Shown in pieces: positions 13,503-24,541 of a stretch of DNA of 64,000 bases. The stretch is from Mobula hypostoma (lineage: Eukaryota). The translations under genes and the position numbers were made by a program. The stretch covers positions 43,092,001-43,156,000 of the forward strand of contig NC_086097.1 of NCBI RefSeq assembly GCF_963921235.1, in the 5' to 3' direction. Under the pieces are notes generated by a model. The model had not been told where the DNA came from. It was given only the letters and a program-made list of their open reading frames with translations, and did no database searches. Position 1 is the first letter of the stretch. The number at the start of each line of letters is the position of its first letter.

Positions 13503-13851
13503 GTATTTTGAAACTAAAATTTCATTTCATTATATTTGAGTTTTGTACTGTGTAATAAAAGAGTAAATTCAGGTTTTCAAATAATTGAAAAATGTGAGTT
13601 TCCTGTTCAGATTTTATGCTCATAAAATGCAGCTTTGTATGTATAGCATCTATTCATATGTTAAAAATCTGGGAAACTGTTCAGATTTAGACAGATATTT
13701 AATAGATGATGCGTTCAGTACAATTGATTTCCTCATGTTTAACTGACCCATGTGAGGCAAGATGATGCGATTTCAGCCATATGGAAGAATGCCTTTATTT
13801 ACATTTTATCTGAATAATTATGACATAACTTGAACATTTATTGTTTGATAG

Positions 13852-13932
13852 GGCACATCTCCCCGACCTCGAGCAGCTCATGCGTGTGCCACAATAGGAA
13901 ATAAGGGTTATTTATTTGGAGGAAGGATACTG
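13852..13932 (+). CDS. KLHDC1: KLHDC1 coding exon 7, 81 bp
   Basis: gatag|GGC...CTG|gtgagt. GTSPRPRAAHACATIGNKGYLFGGRIL (kelch repeat). Confidence 0.95.
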
Positions 13933-14059
13933 GTGAGTTGCTTGGTTTCAACTACCCTAATATGGTAAACATTAATGACACACAATTAAGGTATATTATT
14001 GATAGTGAAGAAGGTTATCATAGATTACCGGGGGTGGGTTAGTGATCAGATAGGGAAGT

Positions 14060-14810
14060 GGACCGAGGACTGGCAGATACGTGTGAGGTAATGGATTTTG
14101 GAAAGTCAAACCTCTGAATGGTAGGGCACCAGGGAGTGGAATGGAACAGGAGACAAAAGGAGTACAAGTACATAGTTTGTTGAAAGTGGCGTCGCTGGTT
14201 GACAGTGATGAAAAAGGCATTTAGCACATTGGCCTTAATTGGTCAGGGCATTGGATATAGGAATTGGGACATTATGTTATATTTGTAGAGGTCATTGGTG
14301 AGGCTGCACTTGGAGTATAATCTACAGTTTTGGGCACCCTATTGTAGAAAAGATTTAGTTAAACTGGAAAGAGTGCAGAGAAGATTTAGGAGTACGTTGC
14401 CAGTGCCAGAAGGCTTGAGTTATAGAGAGAGGTTGGCCAGATTAAGTTTTTATTCCTTGGAACGTAGAATATTGAGGGAAAACATTTAAAATTATGAAGC
14501 ACAGACGAGGTGGGTAATAATAGTCTTTTCCACAGAGTATGATATCCCAAAACTAGGGGTATAGATTTAGGATGAGAGAAAAAAGATTTCAAAGGACCTG
14601 AGGGGCAACTGTTTCATGCAGAGGATGGTGAGTATAGAATAAGCTGCCAAAGAGCATTATTGCGACAGGTACAATAATATAATTTAAGAAGCACTTAGAT
14701 GGGTACATGGAGCGACTGGCCTTGGAAGGATATGGGGCGAATGCAGGAAATTGGGATTAGCTGAGTAGGCAGTGTAGTTATTCCGTGCTGTGTTGCTCTG
14801 TGACTCTTCA
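14060..14810 (+). mobile_element. CR1 LINE 3' fragment
   Basis: VRLHLEYNLQFWAPY...LERVQRRF...SLERR, followed by a CR1 3' UTR tail. Confidence 0.85.
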
Positions 14811-15749
14811 AGTCCTGGTATGTGAAACTTGGATGTTTATGAAAAAGAAAGTTACAATTGAAAGAATATATATTTTCAGGTATAATTTTTATGTCTGTTA
14901 ATGATTATGACTATAAATATACCAAAGTCACATCAGAATAGACAATGTTCTTTTGGGAACGTGTTACTATATTGGTATACTTTTCTAGGCAGTTACAAAA
15001 AAAGAAAGTATTCATTAATGAAGTAAATAGCATATCATGATGTAGGCAAGTAGGGCTAGATTCATGGGCACCATAGTTGGCATGGACAAATTGGACTGAA
15101 GTGCTTATTTCCATGCTGTATTAATCTGTGAATCACTTTGTAATCATGGTCTGAATCCTTCTATTAGATGACTAAACTTCCACATCTTTCTGCCATTTGT
15201 GAGGACCCTTGGTGTCATTCGTAACTAGTTCCTGCTTACCTAGCACAAATTATACATTGGTAATATTCTTCAGCTACACTATAAACTTGACCAGTGTGGA
15301 GCATTAGCATCGACATCTACCTACAATGTAAGCTTGTGTTTGTTAACTGTAGAAAGGGCTCTGTATCCAGATTTGAATACCTGAAAACCAAAACTTGTAT
15401 GAAGGGTACTAGATGACATTATACCTTAGAGCTGTCTGTTGCACAATGGCAAGATGGTCCAAGATTATTGGAGAGTAAGTTCTGTGTGGACGTTAACCAA
15501 AACACATTGACATGCCTGTGTACACCTGTTTTGTGTCTCTAACTTTCCCAACTGCCATCACCTTCCTCCACTTCAGCCCTAAGAAGAACTTAAATTTTTT
15601 TTTTGTTGTCCATCAGTTTATTTGGTCAAACGTTAAGAAAGATTTCCGATTGCAGTTAGATTTTGCCATATGTTGGTTAAGTACCTTCTATCCCAAACTG
15701 TGATGTCACCCATATTTAAGAAATCGTACACAAACATCATCCATTCCTC

Positions 15750-16445
15750 AATGCTGAATTCAGCCCCTGAAATGTTTAGGGATTCGTAGGCAACCTCTGT
15801 CATGGCAGACCTGAACCTAACTTTACCAGTGATGTCTGATTACGTTATTCAAATAGTGATGTTACTAAGCTAAGTGACACACTACAAGCAATGGATTCTC
15901 ACTTGAAAGAAAAAGGATGGTCAAGAATTTAGATAGAAACCCTGTTCCTCTCTCAGATGCTGCTTGGCCCACTGAATTCTTCTATCTGATTGTTTGTTGT
16001 TCCAGATTCCAGTATCTGTAATCTCTTGCATCTTTCAAAGAAAAAGATGATCCATACATTTGATCAGGATTGCTTTTTTCAAAAGATAACTTTTTTCCTG
16101 CACCAAAAGTGTCCAGGATGCTTTTTGTCCCATTGTTTTATTCCGTGGGATATACAGGTGTTTCATAACCCACCTGCTCGGTACTTCATTATTTTCATCA
16201 GCCCAGTCCCAAAATGAAACCGAAAACTCTGCTATAGGAAAATTAATATTGGAGATTTCAAAAGTTGTACAAAGAAAATTGTTTTTTTTCGACGTACCTC
16301 AGAAAATCTGCTAACTCTTGAACAACAGGAGTTGTGTGTTCCCAGTGTCGAGGCAACATTGAGGTCCACCAGGATTACTACCTCTGAAACAATTCTTGGT
16401 TTCTGTATCAGAAAACACCTAAACTGGTTTGATGAAAGTCTTGGA
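15750..16445 (+). mobile_element. Very old RTE-clade LINE remnant (with a small Penelope-type insertion at ~15900-16035)
   Basis: TILGFCIRKHLNWFDES resembles RTE ..ILG..RKHQDWFDEN. Upstream SW...DYVI resembles the RTE endonuclease end. Confidence 0.45.
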
Positions 16446-18074
16446 TTAAAATCTCCATCACATCTTTGCCTTTTAGGGTGGGGGGTGGGGAAATGGTGTC
16501 TGGAGATAGAAAGCATAGCTTTTACAGGCCTCTGAAGGCTGTAGTCTTTTTAAACAAAACTTTTGGGCTAAAGAACAGGTGGAGGGTGGTGTGGGGTTAC
16601 AGTGTTTTTTTTATAGCATTCAAAATGTTGATGCAGCTGGTATAAAGTATGTTATGACAGAACAAAAACTTTTGCCCCGTTGAGGAAGTCAACCTGATGG
16701 AAGTACAAATAAATATAAGCGGCTCATTGGAACGTTCTCTTGAAGATGTCATCGTTTGCTGAGACTTGTAGAATTGCAGTAATCTCCATTTTAAACAAAT
16801 ACATTGGAAAAGCTCCAGAGAAGAAAATAAGGGAATTGCTACAGCACTAAAAAATATAAAAAGAGCTATAAGCTTATTTCCAAACCAATTACCTCTGCAA
16901 GAATGCAAAAACAAATGTTTTTTAGCAGATGACAGAAGAGGAAATATGGCTTCTAGTGATATTTTTTGGAGGTGTATAACATCAGTTGATTGAATTAAAG
17001 AGATCTTCTTTAATGGTGGGGCACTTACCAGAAGCAAGGTTTCATCTCCAATTTGTCAAATAGTAATAACAGACTATTTGTACTTTGGTCAAGGAAATGC
17101 TTATTTTTTCATGACCTTAGATTAGTTACAGAGGTCACATGAAGCCATGTTTAGGATATAACAATCAGTGAATTAGTTGTTATTTTACATCATCCTGAAG
17201 CACTCTGAGTGACTTCTTTGTATATACTCAAACCTCCAGAATTCCATTATACAAGTGTCCTATCCGAATCAGGTTTATTATTACCAGCATGTTATGTGAA
17301 ATTTGTTACCTTAGCAGCAGCAGTTCAATGCAATACATAATATAGAAGAGGAAAAAAAAAATAAAATAAAAAATAATAAATCAATCAATTACAGTATATG
17401 TATATTGAATAGATTAAAAAACATAAAAAATACTGTATATTTTAAAAACATGAGGTACTGTTCACAGGTTCAATGTCTATTTAGGAATCGGATGGCAGAA
17501 GGGAAGAAGCTGTTTCTGAATCGCTGAGTGTGTGCCTTAAGGCTTCTGTACCTCCTACCTGATGGTAGGAGGTACCAACCAGTTGCTCTAACATTGAACA
17601 TGAAATGCTTCAAGAGATTGGTAATGGAGCACTTAAGTGCCAATCTCCAAAATAATTTAGTTCCCCTGTAATTTTGCATACAGAAAAAATAGATCCACAG
17701 GGGACACCATCTCTCTCACACTTCATTCAGCTCTGGATCACCTTGATATTAAGAATACGTATGTCAGGATTCGACTTACTGATTACATTGGGGAACAAAT
17801 TTTTCAGAAGCCTTGCTTCTTCAGAATTTTGTTTTGTTTATGATAGCCTCCTTGAAGCTGAACACCAATGTAATTTCAGACTACTTGTATCATGTAGGAA
17901 TTTGGAGAAACAAATTAATTTTTGTTGAATATAATGCATGTAATTGCATAATGGTGCTGATGCTTTGCAAAAGTTTAACTAAGGTAAAAATGTTTTGTTG
18001 ATGATTTTCATTTGTACTCAGTGTCTGAGGCTTCTGGCTTAGCTGTCCAACAATAATCAGCCAGCATTGATGGA

Positions 18075-18359
18075 ACACACATAAAAGTTGCTGGTGAACG
18101 CAGCAGGCCAGGCAGCATCTATAGGAAGAGGTCTAGTCAACGTTTCGGGCCGAGACCCTTCGTCAGGACTAACTGAAAGAAGAGCTAGTAAGAGGTTTGA
18201 AATCCCTTACTAACTCTTCTTTCAGCTAGTCCTGACAAAGGGTCTCAGCCCAAAACGTCGACTGTACCTCTTCCTATAGATGCTGCCTGGCTTGCTGCGT
18301 TCACCAGCAACTTTTATGTGTGTTGCTTGAAATTCCAGCATCTGCAGATTTCCTCGTGT
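18075..18359. mobile_element. Penelope-like inverted terminal-repeat insertion with two hammerhead motifs and 13-bp TSD
   Basis: Arms ~18075-18195 and ~18205-18325 are reverse complements. Flanked by CAGCATTGATGGA at 18062-18074 and 18360-18372. Confidence 0.88.
18135..18170 (-). ncRNA. Minimal type I hammerhead ribozyme motif (Penelope-associated), core intact
   Basis: Minus strand reads AGUC-CUGACGA-A-GGGUCUCGGCCC-GAAA-CGUU-GACU: stem I AGUC/GACU, conserved CUGANGA and GAAA, palindromic ACGU helix III. Confidence 0.7.
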
Positions 18360-21129
18360 CAGCATTGATGGATTCCAGTTGCCCTAATACTGTTTCTCCA
18401 TGACTGCAATGTCCTGGTGAAACCTTTCACCATGCCTATCACTGACAGTGCTAAGATTTTCAGGGAAGAAGTCTAAATGGGAATGCAGAAAATGAATGTT
18501 TAGTGACATGTCATACTTCATGGTTTTGTATGCTTGAAGCATGTTGTCAACCAGCCGCACATAGTTTGGTTCTCTGTAGTTGCCAAGAATATTTTCAACA
18601 ACATCCTTGAATGATTTTCCTCTGGTCCCACTGGAAGTTCTTCAAATTGCCTGTCATCGATGACCTGTTTGATTTGTGGACCAACAAAAATGCTTTCCTT
18701 AATTTGGCATCAGTTATTCTGACTTGGATTATGGATTGAAATAACAAATATAGGCAATTTGAAAAATAAATGGTGCATGATTCGGTAATTTCATGGTGAT
18801 TTTCATGATCAGCAGCCCAAAATCCACAAGATATACCGAAGAGTATTCAGGAAGCTCTGCTTTCAACACTATAATACCCACAAGGCTCATCTCTAAGCTC
18901 TTGCACCTTGGCCTTGGTGGTGGTGGTTTGGGATGGTTGGGTTGGGTGGGTATGTGTTGGATGGTGGTCAGCATCTGCATCTGGTTTCTATACTTTCTAA
19001 CCAGTGGATCTCATTTGAATAGAATTTGGACATAGCATTTCATCCAACCTGACCATTGACACTGGTGTTTCCCACACCTGTTGTGTACTCAGTCTCCAGA
19101 TTTCTACCCATGGCTGTGTGGAGAGATAAAGTGCCAGCTCGGTTGGCAATGATGCCACTATTGTAAGCTGGATTGACAACAGTGATGACATAGAGGGCAG
19201 GAGCTTGCAAAACTTGTGTCATGTCAGCATGACAACTTAGCCCTTAATATCAGCAAGAATTAAGAGCTCATTGTTGATCCAAGGAAGTGGGTGTATGAAT
19301 AGCATCTTGTCCTCCTGAATGGAGCCGTTGTAGAGATGGTTGATACCTTCAAGTACTTTGGCATCCATATCACCAACAGCCTCACTTAGGTCCTCTATAT
19401 TGATGTGAAAATTAAGCACATCAGCATGTGTACTTCCTTAGGCATTTGAGAAGATACAACTTGTCACAAGGATTTTCTTGTATTTCTGGCCTGCAGAAAT
19501 TGATGGATTGGGCAGCATTTACCACAGACTCATCACATCCTTTCTTCCAGTCGTCATCATGGTGCTTAACCTCTGGATTGTTATAGTATTGTCAAGGGTA
19601 CCTGCCACCCTGGCCATTTCCTTTTATCTCTTTCACTTCCAAGTATTTCATGTACATTTTCCCATTTCACTTCCCATTCCCAGTTGAGCTACCACATTCT
19701 TGGGCTTTTAATTCTACACCTTTCCAATATTTTGTTTGTTTCTTCAAATTCATCTTTGATCTAATACTACTAACTGCACCCTTTCCACTAATTGCTTGGA
19801 TTCTATAATTTTTAACCAACAAACTTGTTTCTTATTAGGAGAAATAAAAAAAAATAAATTTCAATCAATGAGAATTTGATTTTTAGAACACCAGAAAAAT
19901 GGGGATTGTTGCATTGACTTTCAAAAGCTTTCCTTGTTTCATAGTATTTAATGTCCATCTTTTATTGCATTTTCTGTCACTATTGAAGCCAGAAAGACCA
20001 AAAGTTATTAAAGTAAATTTGTATCAAAGTGATATATATATCAGAATTAGTGAAAAGCTACAGACAAATAATCAATGTGCAGAAGACAAACTGATAGTTG
20101 AAGGGTAATAACTGTTTTTGAACCTGGTGGTGAAGGACCTAAGGCACCTGAGTCTATGCAACAAATGGGGCAGGGGAAAGAGAAAGGAGATTGAGATGGC
20201 CGCATTGCTGATGGTTCACACATCCTTTGTAAGCCACAAATTTTCATCGGTGTAAAAAGGAATGTTGTTTTAACAGCAACAGGATCCACAGCATGTGGTA
20301 GATTTTCAAGGTTCCTCTGATTAGCAAGGTGGATGTGCTTTGTTTGGTGACTTGACTGAGCAAAGTGAAATTCAGTATTCATCTGAGTACCTAGAGTACA
20401 TAAATTTGAGAATAGCAGCCTGTAGTGTCTTCACATCAGCATCTGCAAGCTTACTAATTAGATTGATTTGTATTTTGCTTAGGCCATGAATTTCAGTAGG
20501 TGGTCATGATAGTTCATAACAGGGTTTGCTGACATTGAATTGTGGTGGATATACTTTCCAGAGAATTTAAAGTGGAGGTGTTGTGGTTGTCAGGTAGTTT
20601 GTGAAGAGGAATATTGTGATGAATGGAGGCCTAGCCATAGCCTCCACTTCTGGGCATCCACTATAGTTGGATATGTGGTCAGGGGTTTTGCCAGATCCCT
20701 GAAACTATTTCCTGTGTTACAATTGTCACATCAGTATAGGCAGATTTCTTCAATGATACAGTAGTCAAATTATCTGATTAGATTTAATGCAAATGTAATC
20801 CTCCTCAGTATGTGCATGTAATAATTTGGATCAAACGATGGAAGAATACTAACCCAGTTTGAAACCGATTCCATCTCTGAAAATGCCATCTGACAGTTTA
20901 TGAATTGTGAATTCAGTTTCCTGTACCACCCATGTGGATAATGATTACAATACGTGAAGGAAATGAGAGTGTTATTTACAAATGACTGAATTATGTGGTT
21001 GTGCTGCTTCTGTATCTTATTGGTGTGATTGGCAATTAGTAATTTCCTAGTAAAATTGTGACTATATCTCACAGATTTAAGTTGATATGCAAGGTATTTC
21101 TGTTTAACTCAATTTATTTGATTTTTTAG

Positions 21130-21188
21130 GAAACAAGAGTTGATGATTTACATTGTTTGGACTTGGACACATGGACATGGTCTGGAGA
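21130..21188 (+). CDS. KLHDC1: KLHDC1 coding exon 8, 59 bp
   Basis: tttag|GAA...GGAGA|gtaagt. ETRVDDLHCLDLDTWTWSG. Confidence 0.95.
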
Positions 21189-21389
21189 GTAAGTAGTTTC
21201 ATAAAATGCATGCCAAGTGCAATAGCAGTGAACCTTTTTAAGATTACTTTTGTTCCTATTGTTGCCAGAGCTGATGACTTAACTTTGTTCTTAAAATAAT
21301 TTATTATCCTGTATTTGACGCTGAGAAAAGAAATTGAGTATGATGGTCCATATGCTCTTACTCTGTTTTGGATTGTCTACTTTTGTCTA

Positions 21390-21705
21390 CCTAGGACGAG
21401 AGGGCATTGCCTCTGGATAGAGGGGCACCCTTTCAAAACAGAGATGCGGAGAAATTTTTTTAGCCAAAGAGTGGTGAATTTGTGGAATTTGTTTCCACAT
21501 GCAACTCTGGAGGCCAGATTGTTGGGTGTATTTAAGGCAGAGATTGATAGGTTCTTGATTGGACATGACATCAAAGATTATGGGGAGAAGGCCAGGAACT
21601 GGGGTTGAGGAGGAGATAGAAAAAAAGGATCAGCCATGATCGAATGGCAGAGCAGTCTCGATGGGCCAGATGGTCTAATTCTGCTCCAATGCCTTATGGT
21701 CTTAA
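21390..21705 (+). mobile_element. CR1 LINE 3' end fragment
   Basis: RTRGHCL..FKTEMRRNFFSQRVVNLWN...FKAEIDRFL, then tail GATGGGCCAGATGGTCTAATTCTGCTCC..TTATGGTCTT. Confidence 0.88.
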
Positions 21706-21996
21706 TCAAATCTGTTTCTAATTTTTGAATACACGGACATTTTTAATGCTTCCCTCATTCTATTGTAATTGGTATGGTATTTTTCATTCTGAAGTTTAAT
21801 ATATTCCTAATATTTTTGAGTCAATTTGTCTTAAAAACATAAGCTCTTTTATCATTTCTCATATTTTTTGCTGATTTCTGTTTAGCTATTTAAAAGCAAT
21901 CTAGGATGGCTGGATGGAAGTCTGATCAAATGTGTGCTGCCTACATAAACTTATTCTAGTGTACTGTATTTTAGAAAGAAATGATTAAAGTATATA

Positions 21997-22660
21997 GGAG
22001 GAGGAGAAGATGGTGCGACGCAGCGCGCGCGGCCTCTCTGGTGAATAATATCTGTAATCTGTCAAGTAGGGGACCATGCACAATTCTGATTTGATGGAGA
22101 CAGACGTGAGAGTATGGAGGAACATCTGGAGAAACTTCTGAAATGCCTGCTTCGCTGCTGCTGCTACTGTGTGGTAATCTCCGGAGCAGAAGGCCCCGAA
22201 TCCTCAGCTTTGCTTGTTTAGGCGGCTGGGGATAGGTTGAAGGCGCTCGACAGAGGATGGCGCGCGGGAGGCTGTATCGGAGGGGCTGCTCAGAGGCTCG
22301 AAGTTTTCGGATGGACAGACTCAGTGTCGGCTGCTTGCAAGGCATTGGCAAGTTGATGGTGCCTGGAGGTTTATGGCAGGGAGTTTCTCCCTTTTGCCGC
22401 CAGCTATCAGGGACTCGGGAGTCGATCGGGACTTGAGACTTTTTTTTTACCGTGCCCATGGCCTGTTCTTTATCAAATTATGGTATTGTTTTGCACTGCT
22501 GTAACTATGTTATAATTATGTGGTTCTGTCAGTGTTAGTCTTTGGTTTGTCCTGTTTTCTGTGACATCACTCTGGAGGAACATTGTATCAATTCTTAATG
22601 CATGTATGCATTTCTAAATGACAATAGAAAGAGGACTGAGTGTTCTCATAATCTAATTTA
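21997..22660 (+). mobile_element. Non-autonomous SINE-like retroelement (unclassified)
   Basis: CpG-rich block starting GGAGGAGGAGAAGATGGTGCG (YY1-like), ending in an AATAGAAAG...ATAATCTAAT tail, sharply bounded by AT-rich intron. No coding motif. Confidence 0.5.
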
Positions 22661-22765
22661 ATAGTTAAATAAAATGTGTAATTGCAGCTGTAATATTGCT
22701 GGAGTAAGACTCAAATGGAATTGATGGGACAAATCAAGGCAGAAACAAAGGTTGGATTATGATTA

Positions 22766-23108
22766 ACGCAAACACGAGGAAATCTGCAGATGCTGGAAAT
22801 TCAAGCAAAACACACAAAATGCTGGTGGAACGCTGCAGGCCAGACAGCATCCGTAGGAAGAAGCCCCTCACCCTTTCTCCCTAGGCCTCCCGTCCCATGA
22901 GCCTCTCCCTTCTCCAGCCTTGTATCCCTTTTGTCAATCAACTTCCCAGTTCTTAGCTTTATCCCTCCCCCTCCTGTCTTCTCCTATCATTTCAGATCTC
23001 CCCCTCCCACTTTCAAATCTCTTACTATCTCTTCTTTCAGTTAGTCTTGACGAAGGGTCTCAGCCCAAAACGTCAACTGTGCTTCTTCCTATGGATGCTG
23101 TCTGGCCT
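22766..23108. mobile_element. Penelope-like insertion (partial inverted structure) with 15-bp TSD
   Basis: Flanked by GTTGGATTATGATTA at 22751-22765 and 23109-23123. CAGGCCAGACAGCATCCGTAGGAAGAAGC is inverted against GCTTCTTCCTATGGATGCTGTCTGGCCTG. Mutated hammerhead at 23043-23078. Confidence 0.85.
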
Positions 23109-23576
23109 GTTGGATTATGATTATGCAGTCTGCATCAAAGTCTTTCCAAGTTCACGAGAGGTAACAGAACCCTTACCTTTGTAAATTTTTGTGCAAGTGT
23201 TAGTGCAGCTCCTGTTTGGTGCTGTAGGTACATGTAAAACCAATCAAGAATAGAAGGCAACCAGAGGCAGGAGGCCAGTCCTGAATCTTAAAAAACAACC
23301 ACGCTAAATCATTTCTCTTTGCAAAGCAGCTGAGAAGAAGGGAGTGAAGAAATCGGGTAGAAAAAGTCATTTTTTTTAAAACACTGCTCGGGGAGAAGGG
23401 TCTGCACTGCGCAGGCGTGTGACGTAGCGTGCCAAGGTTTAAAAGCAGACCACCATATACAGCGGCCATCGTTGTAGCGGCCATCATCGGAGTGGACTGA
23501 GTCAGAGTGGGACGACTTTGGCTCAGCAGGCTTCGGCGAGAACAGGCAGAGGCCAGGGTAGGTTCCGGTAAGTTTT

Positions 23577-24539
23577 TTGTTCAGATTGCTTAGAGTAGAG
23601 AGAACGCCAGGCAGGATGTTGGAATGTTCCTCTTGCAGGATGTGGGAAGTCAGGGAGCCCTCCGGTGTCCCTGACAACGACACCTGCAAGAAGTGCTTCC
23701 AGCTGCAGCTCCTAACAAACAGAGTTAGGGAACTGGAGCAGGAGCTGGATGACCTGCGGATCATTCGGGAGAATGAGGAGATTATAGATAGTAGCTACAG
23801 GGAGGTAGTTACACCAAAGGAGCAGAGGACAGGAAATTGGGTCACTGTCAGGCGAGGGAAGAGGAAAGGGCAGACAGAGCATGGTTCCCCTGTGGCCATT
23901 CCCCTCAACAACAAGTATACCGCATTGGATACTGTTGGGGGGGATGACTTACCTGGGACAAGCTGCAGTAACCGGATCTCTGGCATTGAGTCTGGCTCTG
24001 CAGTGCAGAAGGGAGGGTGGGAAAAGAGGAGAGCGGTAGTGATAGGGGACTCGATAGTTAGAGGTGCAGATAGGAGGTTCTGTGGTCATGACAGAGAATC
24101 CAGGCTGGTTTGTTGCCTCCCGGGTGCCAGGGTCAAAGATGTCTCTGATCGCTGGCAGGACATTCTGAAGTGGGAGGGTGATCAGCCAGATGTCGTGGTG
24201 CACATCGGTATCAATGACATAGCAAGGAAGAGTGAGGAGGTCCTGGAGAATGAGTATAGAGAGCTTGGTAGGAAGTTGAAAAGTAGGACCTCAAGGGTGG
24301 TAATCTCAGGATTGCTACCTATGCTACGTGCCAGTGAGGATAAGAATAGGATGCTCTGGAGGATGAACAAGTGGCTGAGGAACTGGTGTAGGGGGCAGCG
24401 TTTCAGATTTCAGGATCATTGGGACCTCTTCTGGGGCAGGTGGGACCTGTACAAGAGAGACGGGTTACACTTGAACTACAGGGGGACCAATATCCTTTCA
24501 GGGAGGTTTGTTAGTGCTATTGGGGAGGCTTTAAACTAA
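23577..24539 (+). CDS. CR1 ORF1p: Zn-finger/coiled-coil plus SGNH (GDSL) esterase domain, uninterrupted
   Basis: CSSC...CKKC followed by a heptad region. Esterase blocks VIGDSIVR, LPGA, HIGIND and DGLHLN. The first ATG lies about 40 nt inside the listed ORF. Confidence 0.85.
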   Translation: MFRLLRVERTPGRMLECSSCRMWEVREPSGVPDNDTCKKCFQLQLLTNRVRELEQELDDLRIIRENEEIIDSSYREVVTPKEQRTGNWVTVRRGKRKGQTEHGSPVAIPLNNKYTALDTVGGDDLPGTSCSNRISGIESGSAVQKGGWEKRRAVVIGDSIVRGADRRFCGHDRESRLVCCLPGARVKDVSDRWQDILKWEGDQPDVVVHIGINDIARKSEEVLENEYRELGRKLKSRTSRVVISGLLPMLRASEDKNRMLWRMNKWLRNWCRGQRFRFQDHWDLFWGRWDLYKRDGLHLNYRGTNILSGRFVSAIGEALN

Positions 24540-24541
24540 AT

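Larger units (their letters stand above)
17786..18853 (-). mobile_element. Chapaev/CMC-like DNA transposon, deletion derivative
   Basis: Minus strand gives transposase C-terminal fragments IFVGPQIKQVIDDRQFEEL, LGNYREPNYV, MSLNIHFLHSHLDFFPENLSTVSD, GERFHQDIAVMEKQY, NWNPSMLADYCW. I recognise these as Chapaev3-type (from memory). Confidence 0.65.
17265..19700. mobile_element. Rex1/Babar fragments: 3' end on minus (17265-17570) joined to RT on plus (17570-17787 and 18854-19700), split by a DNA transposon
   Basis: Minus: LLPSGRRYRSLKAHTQRFRNSFFPSAIRFLN. Plus: MKCFKRLVMEH ... GATTACA|GCTCTGCTTTCAACACT, i.e. DYSSAFNT split across the insertion. Confidence 0.75.

Noticed and set aside
15700..15860. 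Possible intronic C/D box snoRNA (TGATG...CTGA)
   Set aside because: No canonical RTGATGA box C and no terminal stem. The region is better explained as an old RTE remnant.
16597..17037. 146-aa minus-strand ORF
   Set aside because: No recognisable domain, non-ATG start and composition typical of AT-rich non-coding DNA.
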